NCBI RefSeq assembly: GCF_963921235.1
Contig: NC_086097.1
Coordinates: 233,184,001 to 233,248,000 of the forward strand
Length of the DNA stretch: 64,000 nucleotides
Direction of reading: 5' to 3'
Source: Mobula hypostoma
Taxonomy: Eukaryota
The notes under the pieces: model-generated
Databases searched by the model: none
What the model saw: the letters and a program-made list of their open reading frames with translations, nothing else
Told to the model about the DNA's origin: nothing
Shown: positions 35,901 to 48,965 of the stretch, piece after piece
Position numbering within the stretch: position 1 is the first letter of the stretch
Layout: every line of letters begins with the position of its first letter
Program-made: the position numbers and the translations under genes

Positions 35901-38120
35901 CTTTGGAATATGGAGGAAACCGGAGCACCAGGAAGAAACCCACGTGGTCACGGGGAAAACGTACAGCCTCCTTTCATACGACAGCAGAATTGAACCCAGG
36001 TGGCTGGCACTGGAATAGTGTTAAGCTAACCAGTACACTACTGATCCTGAGGCAAGAGGCTCATTTCGGCTTCCTTTGAATATTCCACAGATCGGAAGAC
36101 TCAAGAATGTAGACTCAAGTACTTTGACACTGTCCACTAATCTTCTTGGCTGGGGCCACTGCCACTCAAATGAATATCCACCTCACCACCAATTCCTTAC
36201 AGTAGCTGTGCTGTGTAATTCAGCAAGGCTATCTTGTTAATATCTCCCAGACTTGTGAAGGTCAAATGCAGCAGAACTCTCCAAGTCAGTGACTGATCAT
36301 TTTCTTTTGCCTTTCCTTCATTACCACCACATTAGAAGCCTGGCTGCTATTGTGGAAATGCCTTCAGCATAATTGGCCAGCTGTCAGTACAGTCTTTCTA
36401 TAGAATATTAGCAACTAATCAAATGGATCTTCCTCCAGGAGGACCATAATCTTGTCCTATTTTGGAAGCTCAGGAGTCTCAATGACCTGGAAAGCGATGC
36501 TGGCTGGAATCAGGGCTTTCTGCTCTGGCTTTTGGCAGAGTCACCCATGCCAAACAGGTCAAAGGGTAGAGGCCAGACTAACAGCCGTCCGCTGGTTCTC
36601 CAGGTTTGTGAGTTATGTCAGGTATTTCAACCCATCCTCTCCCCGAGTACTCGGTTATTTGAGAATTCTATATCAGTGATTTGGCTTCTTCATGATGCTA
36701 GCTGTCAGATTTGAAGGGAATTTCAAAACAACTACAACCAGTTCAAATACGAAATATAAGAAGCAATACCTGCAAGTGTACAGCAGCGACCTCAGTCTCA
36801 GGATGCTGACTTCTGGACAGAAATGGAAATGGTAGATTTTTTTTTCCCCAGAGAAGAAGGTTACTTATTGATGAGCAAGTTAAACCACAGAGTATACTGG
36901 AGAAAGATTTCACTGAGCTAATGTTTAGAAATCATGAAATGTCCTGACAATTCTGCGATCTATCACAGAGAGATCAAAAGAGAAATCAGATAAACTGTTT
37001 AATGACAAAAAAAAAAGATATTTGCTTAGTTTCTCTGGAGGTTTCCTGCTGAATGTACATAAAATTTGAGGCTGATCTTGAGTTGACCTGCTTATAAGCT
37101 TATTACACCTAGATGGCAGAGGAATCTCCTTCCAGAATTCTGGTCCTAATTTAGCCAACAGCACCAATTACTACCTTGTGTCTCATCTGTACAATTAGCC
37201 TATGCCTTGAGTGAAATACTGAAATTAAAGCAGACACTGACTATTACTATACAATTTCTTACTTTCACTTTGAGGTGTAATTTATTGCAGACTGAAGAGT
37301 TGATGCCCATGCTGTCTTTTCCATCTTGATTTTCTTTATCTCTCAGGTGCTTGTAGTATAATTTAACTAAAGGACACTGTGAGTGATATTGCTGCCTGCA
37401 ATTATTTTGCTGCTTTTGACGCAAACCCTGATACTGAAAACATTCTCATTAAATCTCACACAGGTCCTTGTATCTTACAGGCTCTGCAATGCAATAATGG
37501 TCATGCTCTCCTTTTCCCCCTAGCAGTACACAATATAGCTGCAGAGATTAACATTGGCCAACTGAATTGATCGCTGACCTCTGCTAAATATAATCTTGTA
37601 ATGCACTCTAGCAATAAGTACACTTACAGGTTATTGTTCCTTGTTATTTCATGGAAAAAAATAATGCTCTGGAGGTAAACTGAATTGGTAAAGAGATTTT
37701 AAACTGAGCAGTCCTCCATCGATCAGGGTCAACCGTGGCTCTAGCTGCCTAGATACGCAAGCCAGGGCAGTACAATATGGAGAGCAACCTGTTGCCCATG
37801 TAGCAAGCTCCCCCTCTCCACGCATCTGATTAACCCAAAGGAACAGCTGAGACCCATATGGTTTGGCACCAGTGGCCTTGCATGAATTGCATGTCAGCTT
37901 TGAACTCAATGTAGGACTATCTTAGGGACTCCAGCTCCGGATATTTCCCTTTGGGGTTTACTCCTGAAGCCTTCCCCATGAGTGGGTATAACAGCAAGGC
38001 AGCGGATGTTCGATATCAGAGTGTTCCTTCTCCTAAATGCAACTACTGATCCAGTAGTACAGGCTGGTTTTGTACCTCTTTAAGGCAGTCAGTCCGACAA
38101 GGTCGTTTAAAATACCTCAA

Positions 38121-38593
38121 AGAAGCTGCAGAAGATTGTGAATGCTGCGCAGCACATCACACAAACCAATCTTCTGTCCTTGGACTCACTTTACACTGCA
38201 CGCTGTTGGAGCAGTGCTGCCAGGATAATCAAGGACACGACCCACCCAGCCAACACACTTTTCGTCCCTCTTCCCTCCGGGAGAAGGCTCAGGAGCTTGA
38301 AGACTCGTACGGCCAGATTTGGGAACAGCTTCTTTCCAACTGTGATAAGACTGCTGAACGGACCCTGACCCAGATTTGGGCTGTACCTTCCAAATATCCA
38401 GACCTGCCTTTTGGTTTTTTTGCACTACTTTACTTCCCATTTTTCTATCTTCTATTTATGATTTATAATTTAAATTTTTAATATTTACTATCGATTTGTA
38501 ATCCAGGGAGCAGGATGCGCAGAATCAAATATCTCTGTGATGATTGTACATTCTAGTATCAATTGTTTGGCGACAATAAAGTATAAAGTATAA
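38121..38593 (+). mobile_element. Rex1/Babar-type LINE 3' fragment
   Basis: ORF IIKDTTHPANTLFVPLPSGRRLRS...SFFPTVIRLLN; (taaagta)n tail; TSD ctcaa at 38116-38120 and 38594-38598. Confidence 0.8.
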
Positions 38594-38628
38594 CTCAAGC
38601 AAAAGGGAAAAGGCAGTGACTCATACAA

Positions 38629-40373
38629 AGTCTACAACTAGACAGCATAAACTGTGCAGGGGCTGTATTACTGTTAGGGTCACTACTGCAGGGATCCCAA
38701 AGACTTTGGCAACACCATCCTGCAATGTACAAAAGGAGCTGCAAGAGTAACACACGTCACGTGGGTACACACGGTCATTAAAAATAAATCAACCAAAAAG
38801 ATCAGCAATGCTGTCACCTACCTCCCCTCACGGAGTAGACAATGGTCCAAGCACGTGTGGAAGCTCACTTTTAAGGCCACCTGGTGAGGAAGGTTAGGGT
38901 TATTTTCCCTCTTTTCCCCACACTATTTTCCCTTTGGCTGGAAACAACAAGCACAATTCTCTGTTCCACCTGGCCACATAGATCAGCTGTCAACCATGGC
39001 TGACAAGCCTCATCTGCCCGAAGGGATTGGTTTTAAGGTGCCAATAACCCGCCAATGCCCCTTCTCCTGTCAGTATAAATGGCTACGCCAGGCTCGGTAA
39101 CTAAGCCATGCATTTAGATCAGGAGCTGGACTTAGTTGTCAGAGGCTGTTTGAGGTGCACACCATTGGGAGCATTTAACAGGTAGTGAGAGCTTGTCCCC
39201 ATTACCACCCCTGGCTATAATAACCATAAGGCAGCCAATAAAATTGGTCTTGCTTGCATTAAAATCTAAGTATATAAGCGGTTATACTTGGAGGTAAATT
39301 ATAATCAATTCTTTTGCAAGGAATCCCTTGTAGATGGAACAGAACTTTATAGTTATATATACATTTACCCACAAGTAGGTGCTCCTAATCTATCTTTGCC
39401 TGATTCACCCCTATGATAATGAAATTGGCCTTACCCAAATTTAAGACCTTAATTACTGGACAATCTTTTATTTTTGTCCATAACTACTTTAAAATAAACA
39501 GAGCTAGAGTCACCATCTCCAAGATTTTCCCCTGCGAACACTCCCTTTCTATTAACCACACACATTCCCCAAGATAAGGTTCATTAAGGTTCCCTCATCA
39601 GTCCCTCTACACACTGCGGGAAGAAGCTTTCCTGAATGTACCTCAAAAATCCTGTCATGTTTAAATTAAGGCATCTCAGTTTATTCTCCAGTATGATAAT
39701 CCTACTTTTGTGCATCTCTCCGGTCTTTTTCTTTGACTTCTGTTGAATGTTTGGAAGCCTGTAATTGTCACAACCAGGGATCATTTAAAAAAAAGAACAT
39801 TTTTTTTCAGTTAGTATGTGGATTGTATTCCTCGGTGGAAACTCATGGGTATGCAGTGTTCCTTGGACTGTTTACCTTTTATGTCTAATTGTCTTTGGAT
39901 GAGCTCTGGGTTTTCACCTTGTTTTGCAGGTGTCTCATTTGCTATCATGGGGATTGTTAAGCTCTCTGTGTATTTATCATTTTTGTTCAACTTGGGGAAA
40001 TGGAGTTAATGTGGGATTGTCGGTGTCCTGCATTGTAGTTGTTGTCATTGGGGGTTATTGTTTTGTCTGGACACCGGGGCTGTGCAATGGGCCCTGAATT
40101 CCTATGTGCTCCAGGGTGTATTTCGGGGGGCATGCCAACCCCTCTTTGCTTGCTTGTTGTGGTTCCTTGTCTGGTGAAACCCACAATTTCTTCTGTGTAT
40201 CATGAGTGATTTCAGTTTTTCAAGATTTGTATAGTCTGAAGTCTTGTTAGTTTTGCTGGTTAATTTCTATAATAAATATTTTGTTTAAGTTGCCAAAGTC
40301 TTTGGGATCCCTGCAGTAGTGACCCTAACAGTAATACAGCCCCTGCACAGTTTATGCTGTCTAGTTGTAGACT
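38629..40373. repeat. Perfect 85-bp inverted repeat pair (38629-38713 and 40289-40373)
   Basis: Base-by-base reverse-complement match of agtctacaactagacagc...caaagactttggcaac. Confidence 0.95.
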
Positions 40374-41454
40374 AGCCAGAAGAAATATGAGGTGCTTTTG
40401 CTCTAGTTTATCATAACATAAACACTTTACAGTGCCAGCAATCCCTGTTCAATTCCTGCTGCTCTCTATGAAGACTTTGTATGTTCTCCCTGTGATTGCA
40501 TGGGTTTCCTCCACATGCTCTGGTTTCCTCCCACGTTTCAATGACTTGTGGTGAGGGTTGGTGAGTAGTGGCCATGTTATGTAGACGCTAGAAGTGTGGC
40601 AATACTTGAGTGCTGACCTCAGCATATCTTCAGACTATGTTGGTCATTGATGCAAATGAAAAATTTCACTCTCTGCTTCGATGTTTTGATGTATTGTACA
40701 TGTGACAAATAAAGCTAATCTTTTATCTTTAAAAACTTCTGGTGACCTGCGCCCTCTGTCCATTTTGTCTCTCCTGTTCATCTACAGTACATGGTTCTTC
40801 CTTCACTCATCCTCATCACCCTGTTTCTTTCTCCTCCTACACCGTCTCCATCTGCCCATCATCAACACACTCTTCCCACTGATACCCCTCTCCCACTACT
40901 CCTATCTGGCCTCCCCTCTTCCCTTGTTGATAACATGTTCGACCTTCTGTCTCTTCCTCTCTTAACAGATAGCATCAGCTTTGGCCCTTTGTCGCTTCCA
41001 CCTATGACTTCCCATTTCCTGAAGATATTTCCACTCTCCCCTGCCCAATCTGACTATCCCCCATTTATCACCTGCAGACCTTAGACCATTTGACCAGAAG
41101 ACATAGGAGCAAAATTAGGCCATTTGGCCCATCGAGTCTGCTCCACCATTTCATTATGGCTGATCCATTTTTCTCTCAGCTCAATCTCCTACTTTCTCCC
41201 CATAACCCTTCATGCCCCGACTTATTAAGAATCTATCAACTTCTTCCTTAAATATACTTGGCCTCTACAGACATCTGTGTGTCACGGTATGCTCTCAGAG
41301 GACAGGACCCAGGTGCAGAGGAATGGCAGGCTTTTTCTGTCACGGATGTTGCTGGCACCTCAACCCAAGAGCTACGGATGACAGACTCATGCCCTGACCA
41401 CGGAGCTGAGGAATGCAGATCCCCAACAGAAGATGGAAACAAGAGGTGAACGTA

Positions 41455-41920
41455 GGAATACCAACTAAAGGTAGTGGATTCGGCCCAGTATATTATGGGT
41501 AAAACCCTCCCAACTATTGAGCACATCTACATAAAATGTTGCTGTAGGAAAGTAACATTCATCATCAAAGATCCTCACCACACAGGCCATGCTCTTTTCT
41601 CACTGCTACCATCAGGTAGAAGGTACAGGTGCCTCAGGACTCGCACCAGCAGGTTCAGGACCAGTCATTATCCACCAACCGTCAGACTCTAAACAAAAGG
41701 GGATAACTACACTCATTCAAAGACTCTTTCATCTTGTTATTTCATGCTCGTTATTTATTGTTATTTACTTATATCTGCACTTGCAGAGTTTGTTGTTTGT
41801 TGATGCTGTTTACAGTTACAGTTCTATAGATTTGTTAAGTATGCCCACAGAAAAAGAATCTCAGGGTTGTATGTGGTGACATGTATGTACTCTAATAATA
41901 TATTTTACTTTGACTTTGAC
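41455..41920 (+). mobile_element. Rex1/Babar-type LINE 3' fragment
   Basis: IIKDPHHTGHALFSLLPSGRRYR; (actttg)n tail. Confidence 0.8.
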
Positions 41921-42529
41921 AACTGAGCCTTGGATGAGCGACTGACCGATGCAATGAGACAATTCATTCTCTCCAAAACAAAGACTACTTAGGCAGTAAA
42001 CGAGAGTGCTCTTTAAATAATCATAGAATGCCACCCACATATGCCAGCCACAATTTTATAGGCATCCGTTAGTCTCATGAGACCATGGATTTGCGCCTTG
42101 GAAGGTTTCTAGGGCGCAGGCCTGAGCGAGGTTGTATGGAAGACCAGCAGTTGCCCATGCTGCAAGTCTCCCCTCTCCACGACACCAATGTTGTCCAAGG
42201 GAAGGGCATTAGGACCCATACAGCTTGGCACCGGTGTCGTCACAGAGCAATGTGTGGTTAAGTGCCTTGCTCAAGGACACACACGCTGCCTCAGCCAAGG
42301 CTCGAACTAGCGACCTTCAAATCATTAGATGAACGCCTTAAGCACTTGGCCACGTGCCAACCACAATTAACTTGACAAGATTAAGTTGAAAGCACAAGGC
42401 CTCAACGGCCCTAGTTAAGATAACGATGAGTAAAGACAGGTATTCTAAAATCCTGGAAGACCAATGCTCTACAGAAAGCCGCTAAAGCCACAGGGGTCAT
42501 GACACTGTGGCAACAAATTACACAGATCA

Positions 42530-44500
42530 GACAAGAGAAAATCTGTAGGTACTGGAAATACAAGTAACACACGCAGAGGAACTCAGCAGGCCAGGCAGCA
42601 TCTATGGATAAGAGTACAAGGCATTCTACAAGTATGTGAAGAGCAGAAGGATAAAACGTGAGAGAATGGGACCAATCAAGTGTGACAGTAGAAAAGTGTG
42701 TACGGAACCGGAGGAGATAGCAGAGATACTTAACGAATACTTTGCTTCAGTATTCACTGTGGAAAAGGATCTTGGCAATTGTAGGGATGACTTACAGCAG
42801 ACTGAAAAGCTTGAGCTTGTAGATATTAGGAAAGAAGATGCGCTGGAGCGTTTGGAAAGCATCAAGATGGATAATTCACCAGGACCGGTCAAGATATACG
42901 TCAGGATACTGTGGGAGGCAAGGGAGGAGATTGCTGAGCCTCTGGCAATGATCTTTGCATCATCAATGGGTTTGGGAGAGGTTCCGAAGTTTTGGAGGGT
43001 TGTGGATGTTGTTCCCTTATTTAAGAAAGGGAGTAGAGATAGCCCAGGAAACTATGGACCTCTGAGTCTTACTTCAGTGGTTGGTAAATTGATGGAGAAG
43101 ATCCTGAGAGGCAGGATTTATGAACATTTGGAGAGGCATAATATGATTAGAAATAGTCAGCATGGCTTTGTGAAAGGCAGGTAGTGCCTTACGAGCCTGA
43201 TTGAATTTTTTGAAGATGTGATTAAACACGTTGATGAAGTTAGAGTAGTAGATGTAATGCATATGATTTCAACAAGGCATTTGATAAAGTACCCCATGCA
43301 AGGCTTATTGAGAAAATAAGCAGGCATGGGATCCAAAGGGCCTTGCTTTGTGGATCCAGAGTTGACTTTCGTACAGAAGGCAAAGCGTGGTTGTTGACGG
43401 GTCATATTCTGCATGGAGGTCAGTGACCAGTGGTGTGCCACAGGGATGTGTTCTATAACCCCTGCTCTTTGTGATGTTTATAAATGATTTGGATGAAGAA
43501 GTGGAGGGATGGGTTAGTAAATTTGCTGATGTCACAAAGGTTGGGGGTGTTGTGGATAGTGTGGAGGGCTGTCAAAGGTTACAATGGGATATTGATAGGA
43601 TGCAAAATTAGGCTGAGATGTGGCAGATGGAGTTCAACCCAGATAAGTGTGAGGTGGTTCATTTTGGTAGGTCAAATATGATGGCAGAATATAGTATTAA
43701 TTGTAAGACTCTTGGCAGTGTGGAGGATCAGAGGGATCTTGGGGTCCGAATCCGTAGGACACTCAAAGCTGCTGCGCAAGTTGGCTCTATGGTTAAGAAA
43801 GCATACGATGCATTGGCCTTCATCAATTGTGGGATTGAGTTTAGGAGTCGAGGGGTAATATAGGACTCTGGTCAGACACCACTTGGAGTACTGTGCTCAG
43901 TTCTGGTCGCCTCACTAAAGGAAGGATGTGGAAACCATAGAAAGGGTGCAGAGGAGATTTACAAGGATGTTGCCTGGATTGGGGGGCATGCCTTATGAGA
44001 ATAGGTTGAGTAAATTCGGCCTTTTCTCCTTGGAGAGACAAAGGATGAGAGTTGACCTGATAGAGGTGTATAAGATGATGAAAGGCATTGATTGTGTCGA
44101 TAGTCAGAGGCTTTTTCCCAGGGCTGAAATGGCTAGTGTGAGAAGGCATAGTTTTAAGGTGCTTGGAAGTAGGTACAGAGGAGATGTTGGGGTAAGTTGT
44201 TTCTTTTAATGCAGAGAATGGTGAGTGCGTGGAATGGGCTGCCAGCGACAGTGGTGGAGGTGGATATGATAGGGTCTTTTAAGAGACTCCTGGATAGGTA
44301 CATGGAGCTTAGAAAAATATTGGGCCATGGGTAAACCTTGTTAATTTCTAAGGTAAGGGCATGTTTGGCACAGCTTTGTGGGTCAATGGGCTTGTATTCT
44401 GCTGTAGGTTTTCTATGTTTCTATGTTACACTTGATATTTCAAGCTGAGATCCTTCATCAGGACTGGGGGAAAAAAGAATGAGTCAGAGTAAGAATGTCG
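42530..44500 (-). mobile_element. Penelope-derived hammerhead repeat split by a CR1 insertion (pieces 42530-42618 and 44427-44500)
   Basis: The tail aggaactcagcaggccaggcagcatctatgg..aagagtaca resumes as tacacttgatatttcaagctgagatccttcatcaggactg. Confidence 0.7.
42619..44426 (+). mobile_element. 5'-truncated CR1 LINE with stops and frameshifts
   Basis: ORFs 42636-43184, 43618-43863 and 43928-44209; (ttctatgt)n tail; TSD taca at 42615-42618 and 44427-44430. Confidence 0.92.
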
Positions 44501-44514
44501 GGGGAAGCAGGAAC

Positions 44515-44740
44515 TACACAGATTTACCACTCTCTGGTTAAAGAAATTCCTCTTCATCTCCATTCTAAATGGATGTCCCTCTTTTCTGAGGCTGTGGTCT
44601 CTGGTCCTAGACTCCCTCACCAGATGAAACATCCTCCCCACATCCACTCTGTTGAGGGCTTTCAACATTCGATAGGTTTCAATGAGGCCACCCCTGATTT
44701 TTCTAAATTCCAGCGAGCAGAGTCGTAGAGCCATCAATCT
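44515..44740 (-). mobile_element. CR1 fragment
   Basis: LEFRKIRGGLIETYRML...NFFNQRVVNL. Confidence 0.8.
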
Positions 44741-45699
44741 TGCTCCAAAACACCTCACATGCCTTTTAATACTGGCTATCTCCCATCTATCCTTCAGTCT
44801 AAATGAAAGACTTTGGCCTGTAATGTTGACCATCCATGAAAAATGTTTACACCGCCTGTGTATATAATCCCAAAATTGTCAGCACAATTTTGCACCATAG
44901 GCTAGCCTACCTGCCTGATGTGTAGTGCCCTGACCTGAACTAAATAGTTGAGAGTGGAGTCATTGGTGCTCTATATAAATCAAACAACTTAACTTCAGTT
45001 TTATATTTCAATCCCAATGAGATAAGAGCCAATAATCTATTAGCATTTTCAATTACTTTTTGTACCTGTATAATAGATATCAATGATTTGTGTACATGGG
45101 AGTTTCAATGCATTACCTTCTCCAGAGTCTCTTCAGCATTAAAGCAACGTGCTAATTTATTTTTCTCTAAATTAACAAGATGATGCTTTACCAGGGCAAA
45201 AAAAAAATCTTTTAATCTTTTCATCCAAAGGTTATGACCATATCTGATAGAATAAAAATGACCTCATGTATCAAATAATTTTATCTAAATCAGAGGTTTC
45301 CAACCTTTTTTACGCTATGGAGCTTACCACTAACTGAGGGGTCAGTGCACCCCAGGTTGTGAACCCTTGAATGTAAAACTCTGTTTATTTTTATTGTCAG
45401 GGGAACACTACCTTGCTTGTACCAAAACTGATTGCATAAAGACTTGCTTTATCTAAGGGTCTGGTCTCAGGTCTCCATCTAAGGCTCTGGTCTTTGAGTA
45501 AATCTTTGAGTTAGGTATGATGTCCCCAAGATACCAGATTATTTAACTGTTTCTATGGGACACATAAAACCCCTGTTATATCCTTTAAGGCCATTAAAGA
45601 AGAGATAACCACCATCCAGGATAGCTCACTGAGGTAGGATATAGACCTTGGCATGGACTTAGATTGTGTCCTACCCCCTTGTAATTGATCACATAGCAA

Positions 45700-46150
45700 T
45701 AATTTTACAAGGATGTTGCCTGGATTGGAGAGCGTGCTTTATGAGAATAGGTTGAGTGAACTTGGCCTTTTCACCTTGGGGTGAAGGAGGATGAGAGGTG
45801 ACTTGATAGAGGTGTATAAGATGACGAGAGGCATAGATTGTGTGGATAGGCAGAGCTGAAATGGCTTACACAAGAGAGCACAGTTTTAAGGTGCTTGGTA
45901 GTAGATACAAGAGGGATGTCAGAGGTAAGTTTATCACACAGAAAGTGGTGGGAGTGTGGAATGCACTGGCAGCAACGGTGGTAGAGGGGGATGCAATGGG
46001 GCTCTTAAAGGACCCTTAGATAGGTACATGGAGTTTAGGAAAATAAAGGGCTATGCGGTAGGGAAATTCTAGGCAGCTTCTAGAGTAGGTTACATGGTTG
46101 GCACAAAATTGTGGGCCGAAGGGCCTTTAATGTGCTGTAGATGTTCTATG
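45700..46150 (+). mobile_element. CR1 3' fragment
   Basis: Homologous to 43957-44425. Confidence 0.85.
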
Positions 46151-46649
46151 TCATATAATTATATGCCCCCTTTACATTAACTGCACCCTAAGAATGTGTG
46201 GGAGAGTGCATTATCTAATAAAGGTATAACAGAGATCTAAGCAGATGCAACACACACAAAATGCTGGAGAGATTCAGAAGGGGAATTGACAGTCAATCTC
46301 TTGGGGTCGAGAGGCTCTGTCAGCTAAGCTGATGTATGCAGGTTTGCATATGGACAACTGTACAGAGATGAAGAATGAGGGAAATTTATTGAGGGCCACT
46401 GTTGCCTTATTCAACCAGGACTGACTGAAAGATAAAGGGACATCAACTCCAAACTGGTGGCTAGGGTTGTGCTCCTCGGGAAAGACTCTATTCAGGAAGC
46501 CAAGGGGCGGGTAATGCTAGTAGTGAAGAGACGTAGTGGGAATGTGCATTTTTAATAAAAAAGAACCAGCCTTTAAAGTATTTCCATTGACTGCAGGGAA
46601 GAGCTTGGAAAATCAAAAGATGCAGAAGCATAAACAAGGACTGTTTTCT

Positions 46650-47130
46650 ACGTAGAACAATACAGCATAGTATGGGCCCTTTTAACCAGCTTTTTAATAT
46701 GCTCCAAGAGCTATCTAACTCTTCCCTCCGACACACCTCATAACTCTACATTTTTCTTTAATCTGTGTGCTTATCTAAAGGGCTCCTACATGTTCCTAAT
46801 GCACCAGCATCTACCACCATCCCTGGGAGTGCATTCCAGTCACTTACCACTCCCTGACATCTCTGCTAAACTTTCCTCCACACAGGTTAAAAGGATATCC
46901 TCTGGTGAGAGTCATGTCTGCCCTAGGAAAAAGGCACTGGCTATCCTCTTGTAATTGTATACATCTTTATCAAATCATCTCTCTTTCTCCTTCGCTCCAA
47001 AGAGAAAAGCTTTCGCTCACTCACTTTTTCCTGATAAGACATGCAGTATGCTGGTCAAACTCCTCTGCAACCTCTAAGGCTTCCACATCCTTCCTGTAAT
47101 GAGGCGACCAGAACCGGAAATAATATTCAA
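46650..47130 (-). mobile_element. Degraded CR1 3' fragment
   Basis: agaacaatacagcatagtatgggccc tail; gcttccacatccttcctgtaatgaggcgaccagaac. Confidence 0.7.
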
Positions 47131-47337
47131 AGTTCATTTTTTGTTAGAAATGCTTTGCACAAGCAATGCTTACACAAAGCTTAACACAAGTGGCTTTGGA
47201 AACTGACCATGGTATTTATACAGACTGTGATTGGATCCTCACAATATTTAATACACATTTTGAGGAACCAATAGTCAGTACTGGGACAAAGCAAGTGCAG
47301 CATGATAATGAAGCATTCCGGAATGTTTGTCTACATA

Positions 47338-48965
47338 CAGTTGAAGTCAGAAGTTTACATACACCTTAGCCAAATATATTTAAACTCAGTTTTTCACAAT
47401 TCCTGACATTTAATCCTAGAAAACATTCCCTATCTTAGGTCAGTTCGGATCACTACTTTATTTTAAGAATGTGAAATGTCAGAATAATAGTAGAGAGAAT
47501 GATTTATTTCCGCTTTTATTTCTTTCATCATTTTCCCATTGGGCCAGAAGTTTACGTACACTTTGTTAGTATTTGGTAGCATTGCCTTGAAGTTGTTTAA
47601 CTTGGGTCAAATGTTTTGGGTTGCCTTACACAAGTTTCTCACAGTAAGTTGCTGGAATTTTGTTCCATTTCTCCAGACAGAACTGGTGTAACAGAGTCAG
47701 GTTTGTAGGCCTCCTTGCTCACACATGCTCTTTCGGTTCTGCCCACAAATTTTCTGCCCACGGATTTAGGTCAGAAAATGATGTCAGGTCTAGTTCATCC
47801 TTGGGAGCAATTTCCAAATGCCTGAAGGTACCACGTTCATCTGTACAAATAATAATACGCAAGTATAAACACCATGGGACCATGCAGCCGTCATACCGCT
47901 CAGGAAGGAGACATATTCTGTCTCCTAGAGATGAACGTACTTTGGCATGAAAAGTACAAATCAATCGCAGAACAACAGCAAAGGACTTTGTGAAAATGCT
48001 GGAGGAAAGAGGTAGACAAGTATCTATATCCACAGTAAAACGAGTCCTATATCGACATAACCTGAAAGGCTGCTCAGCAAGGAAGAAGCTACTGCTCCAA
48101 AACCACCATAAAAAAGCCAGACTACAGTTTGCAAGTGCACATGGGGACAAAGATCTTACTTTTTGGAGAAATGTCCTCTGGTCTGATGAAACAAAAATTG
48201 AACTGTTTGGCCATAATGACCATCGTTATATTTGGAGGAAAAAAGGTGAGGCTTGCAAGCTGAAGAACACCATCTCAACTGTGAAGAACGGGGGTGGCAG
48301 CATCATGTTGTGGGGGTGCTTTGCTGCAGGAGGGACTGGTGCACTTCACAAAATAGATGGCATCATGAGGAAGGAAAATTATGTGGATATATCTCAATTA
48401 TGTGCAACATCTCAAGACATCAGCCAGGAAGTTAAAGCTCGGTCTCAAATGGGTCTTCCAAATAGACAATGACCCCAAGCATACCTCCAAAGTTGTGGCA
48501 AAATTGTTTAAGGACAACAAAGTCAAGGTATTGGAGTGGCCATCACAAAGCCCTGACCTCAATCCGATAGAAAATTTGTGGGCAGAACTGAAAAAGCGTG
48601 TGCGAGCAAGGAGGTCTACAAATCTGACTCAATTACACCAGTTCTGTCTGGAAGAATGGAACAACATTCCAGCAACTTACTGTCAGAAGTTTGTGGAAGG
48701 CAACCCAAAACATTTGACCCAAGTTAAACAACCTCAATGCAATGCTACCAAATACTAACAAAGTGTATGTAAACTTCTGGCCCACTGGGAAAATGATGAA
48801 AGAAATAAAAGCTGAAATAAATCATTCTCTCTACTATTATTCTGACATTTCACATTCTTAAAATAAAGTAGTGATCTGAACTGACCTAAGACAGGGAATG
48901 TTTTCTAGGATTAAATGTCAGGAATTGTGAAAAACTGAGCTTAAATGTATTTGGGTAAGGTGTAT
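47338..48965 (+). mobile_element. Sleeping Beauty-like IR/DR Tc1 transposon with two right-type ends
   Basis: TA at 47336-47337 is followed by cagttgaagtcagaagtttacatacac (outer DR); the inner DR is at ~47535-47562. The mirror IR is at 48759-48965 and lacks its terminal ~21 bp. Confidence 0.93.
47786..48758 (+). pseudogene. Tc1 (DD34E) transposase pseudogene, Sleeping Beauty subfamily
   Basis: SSLGAISK.LKVPRSSVQ, GRR, WSDETKIELFG, DNDPKH, SPDLNPIENLW, NATKY*. About the first 20 codons are missing; in-frame TGA at 47948-47950; frameshift near 48390-48405. Confidence 0.95.

Noticed and set aside
37349..37385. Strong acceptor and donor pair on the plus strand
   Set aside because: The enclosed ~32 nt has stops in all three frames; at best a non-coding exon, and unsupported.
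38629..40373. Autonomous DNA transposon with 85-bp TIRs
   Set aside because: There is no TSD, no transposase remnant and no recognisable superfamily terminus; kept only as an alternative in the finding.
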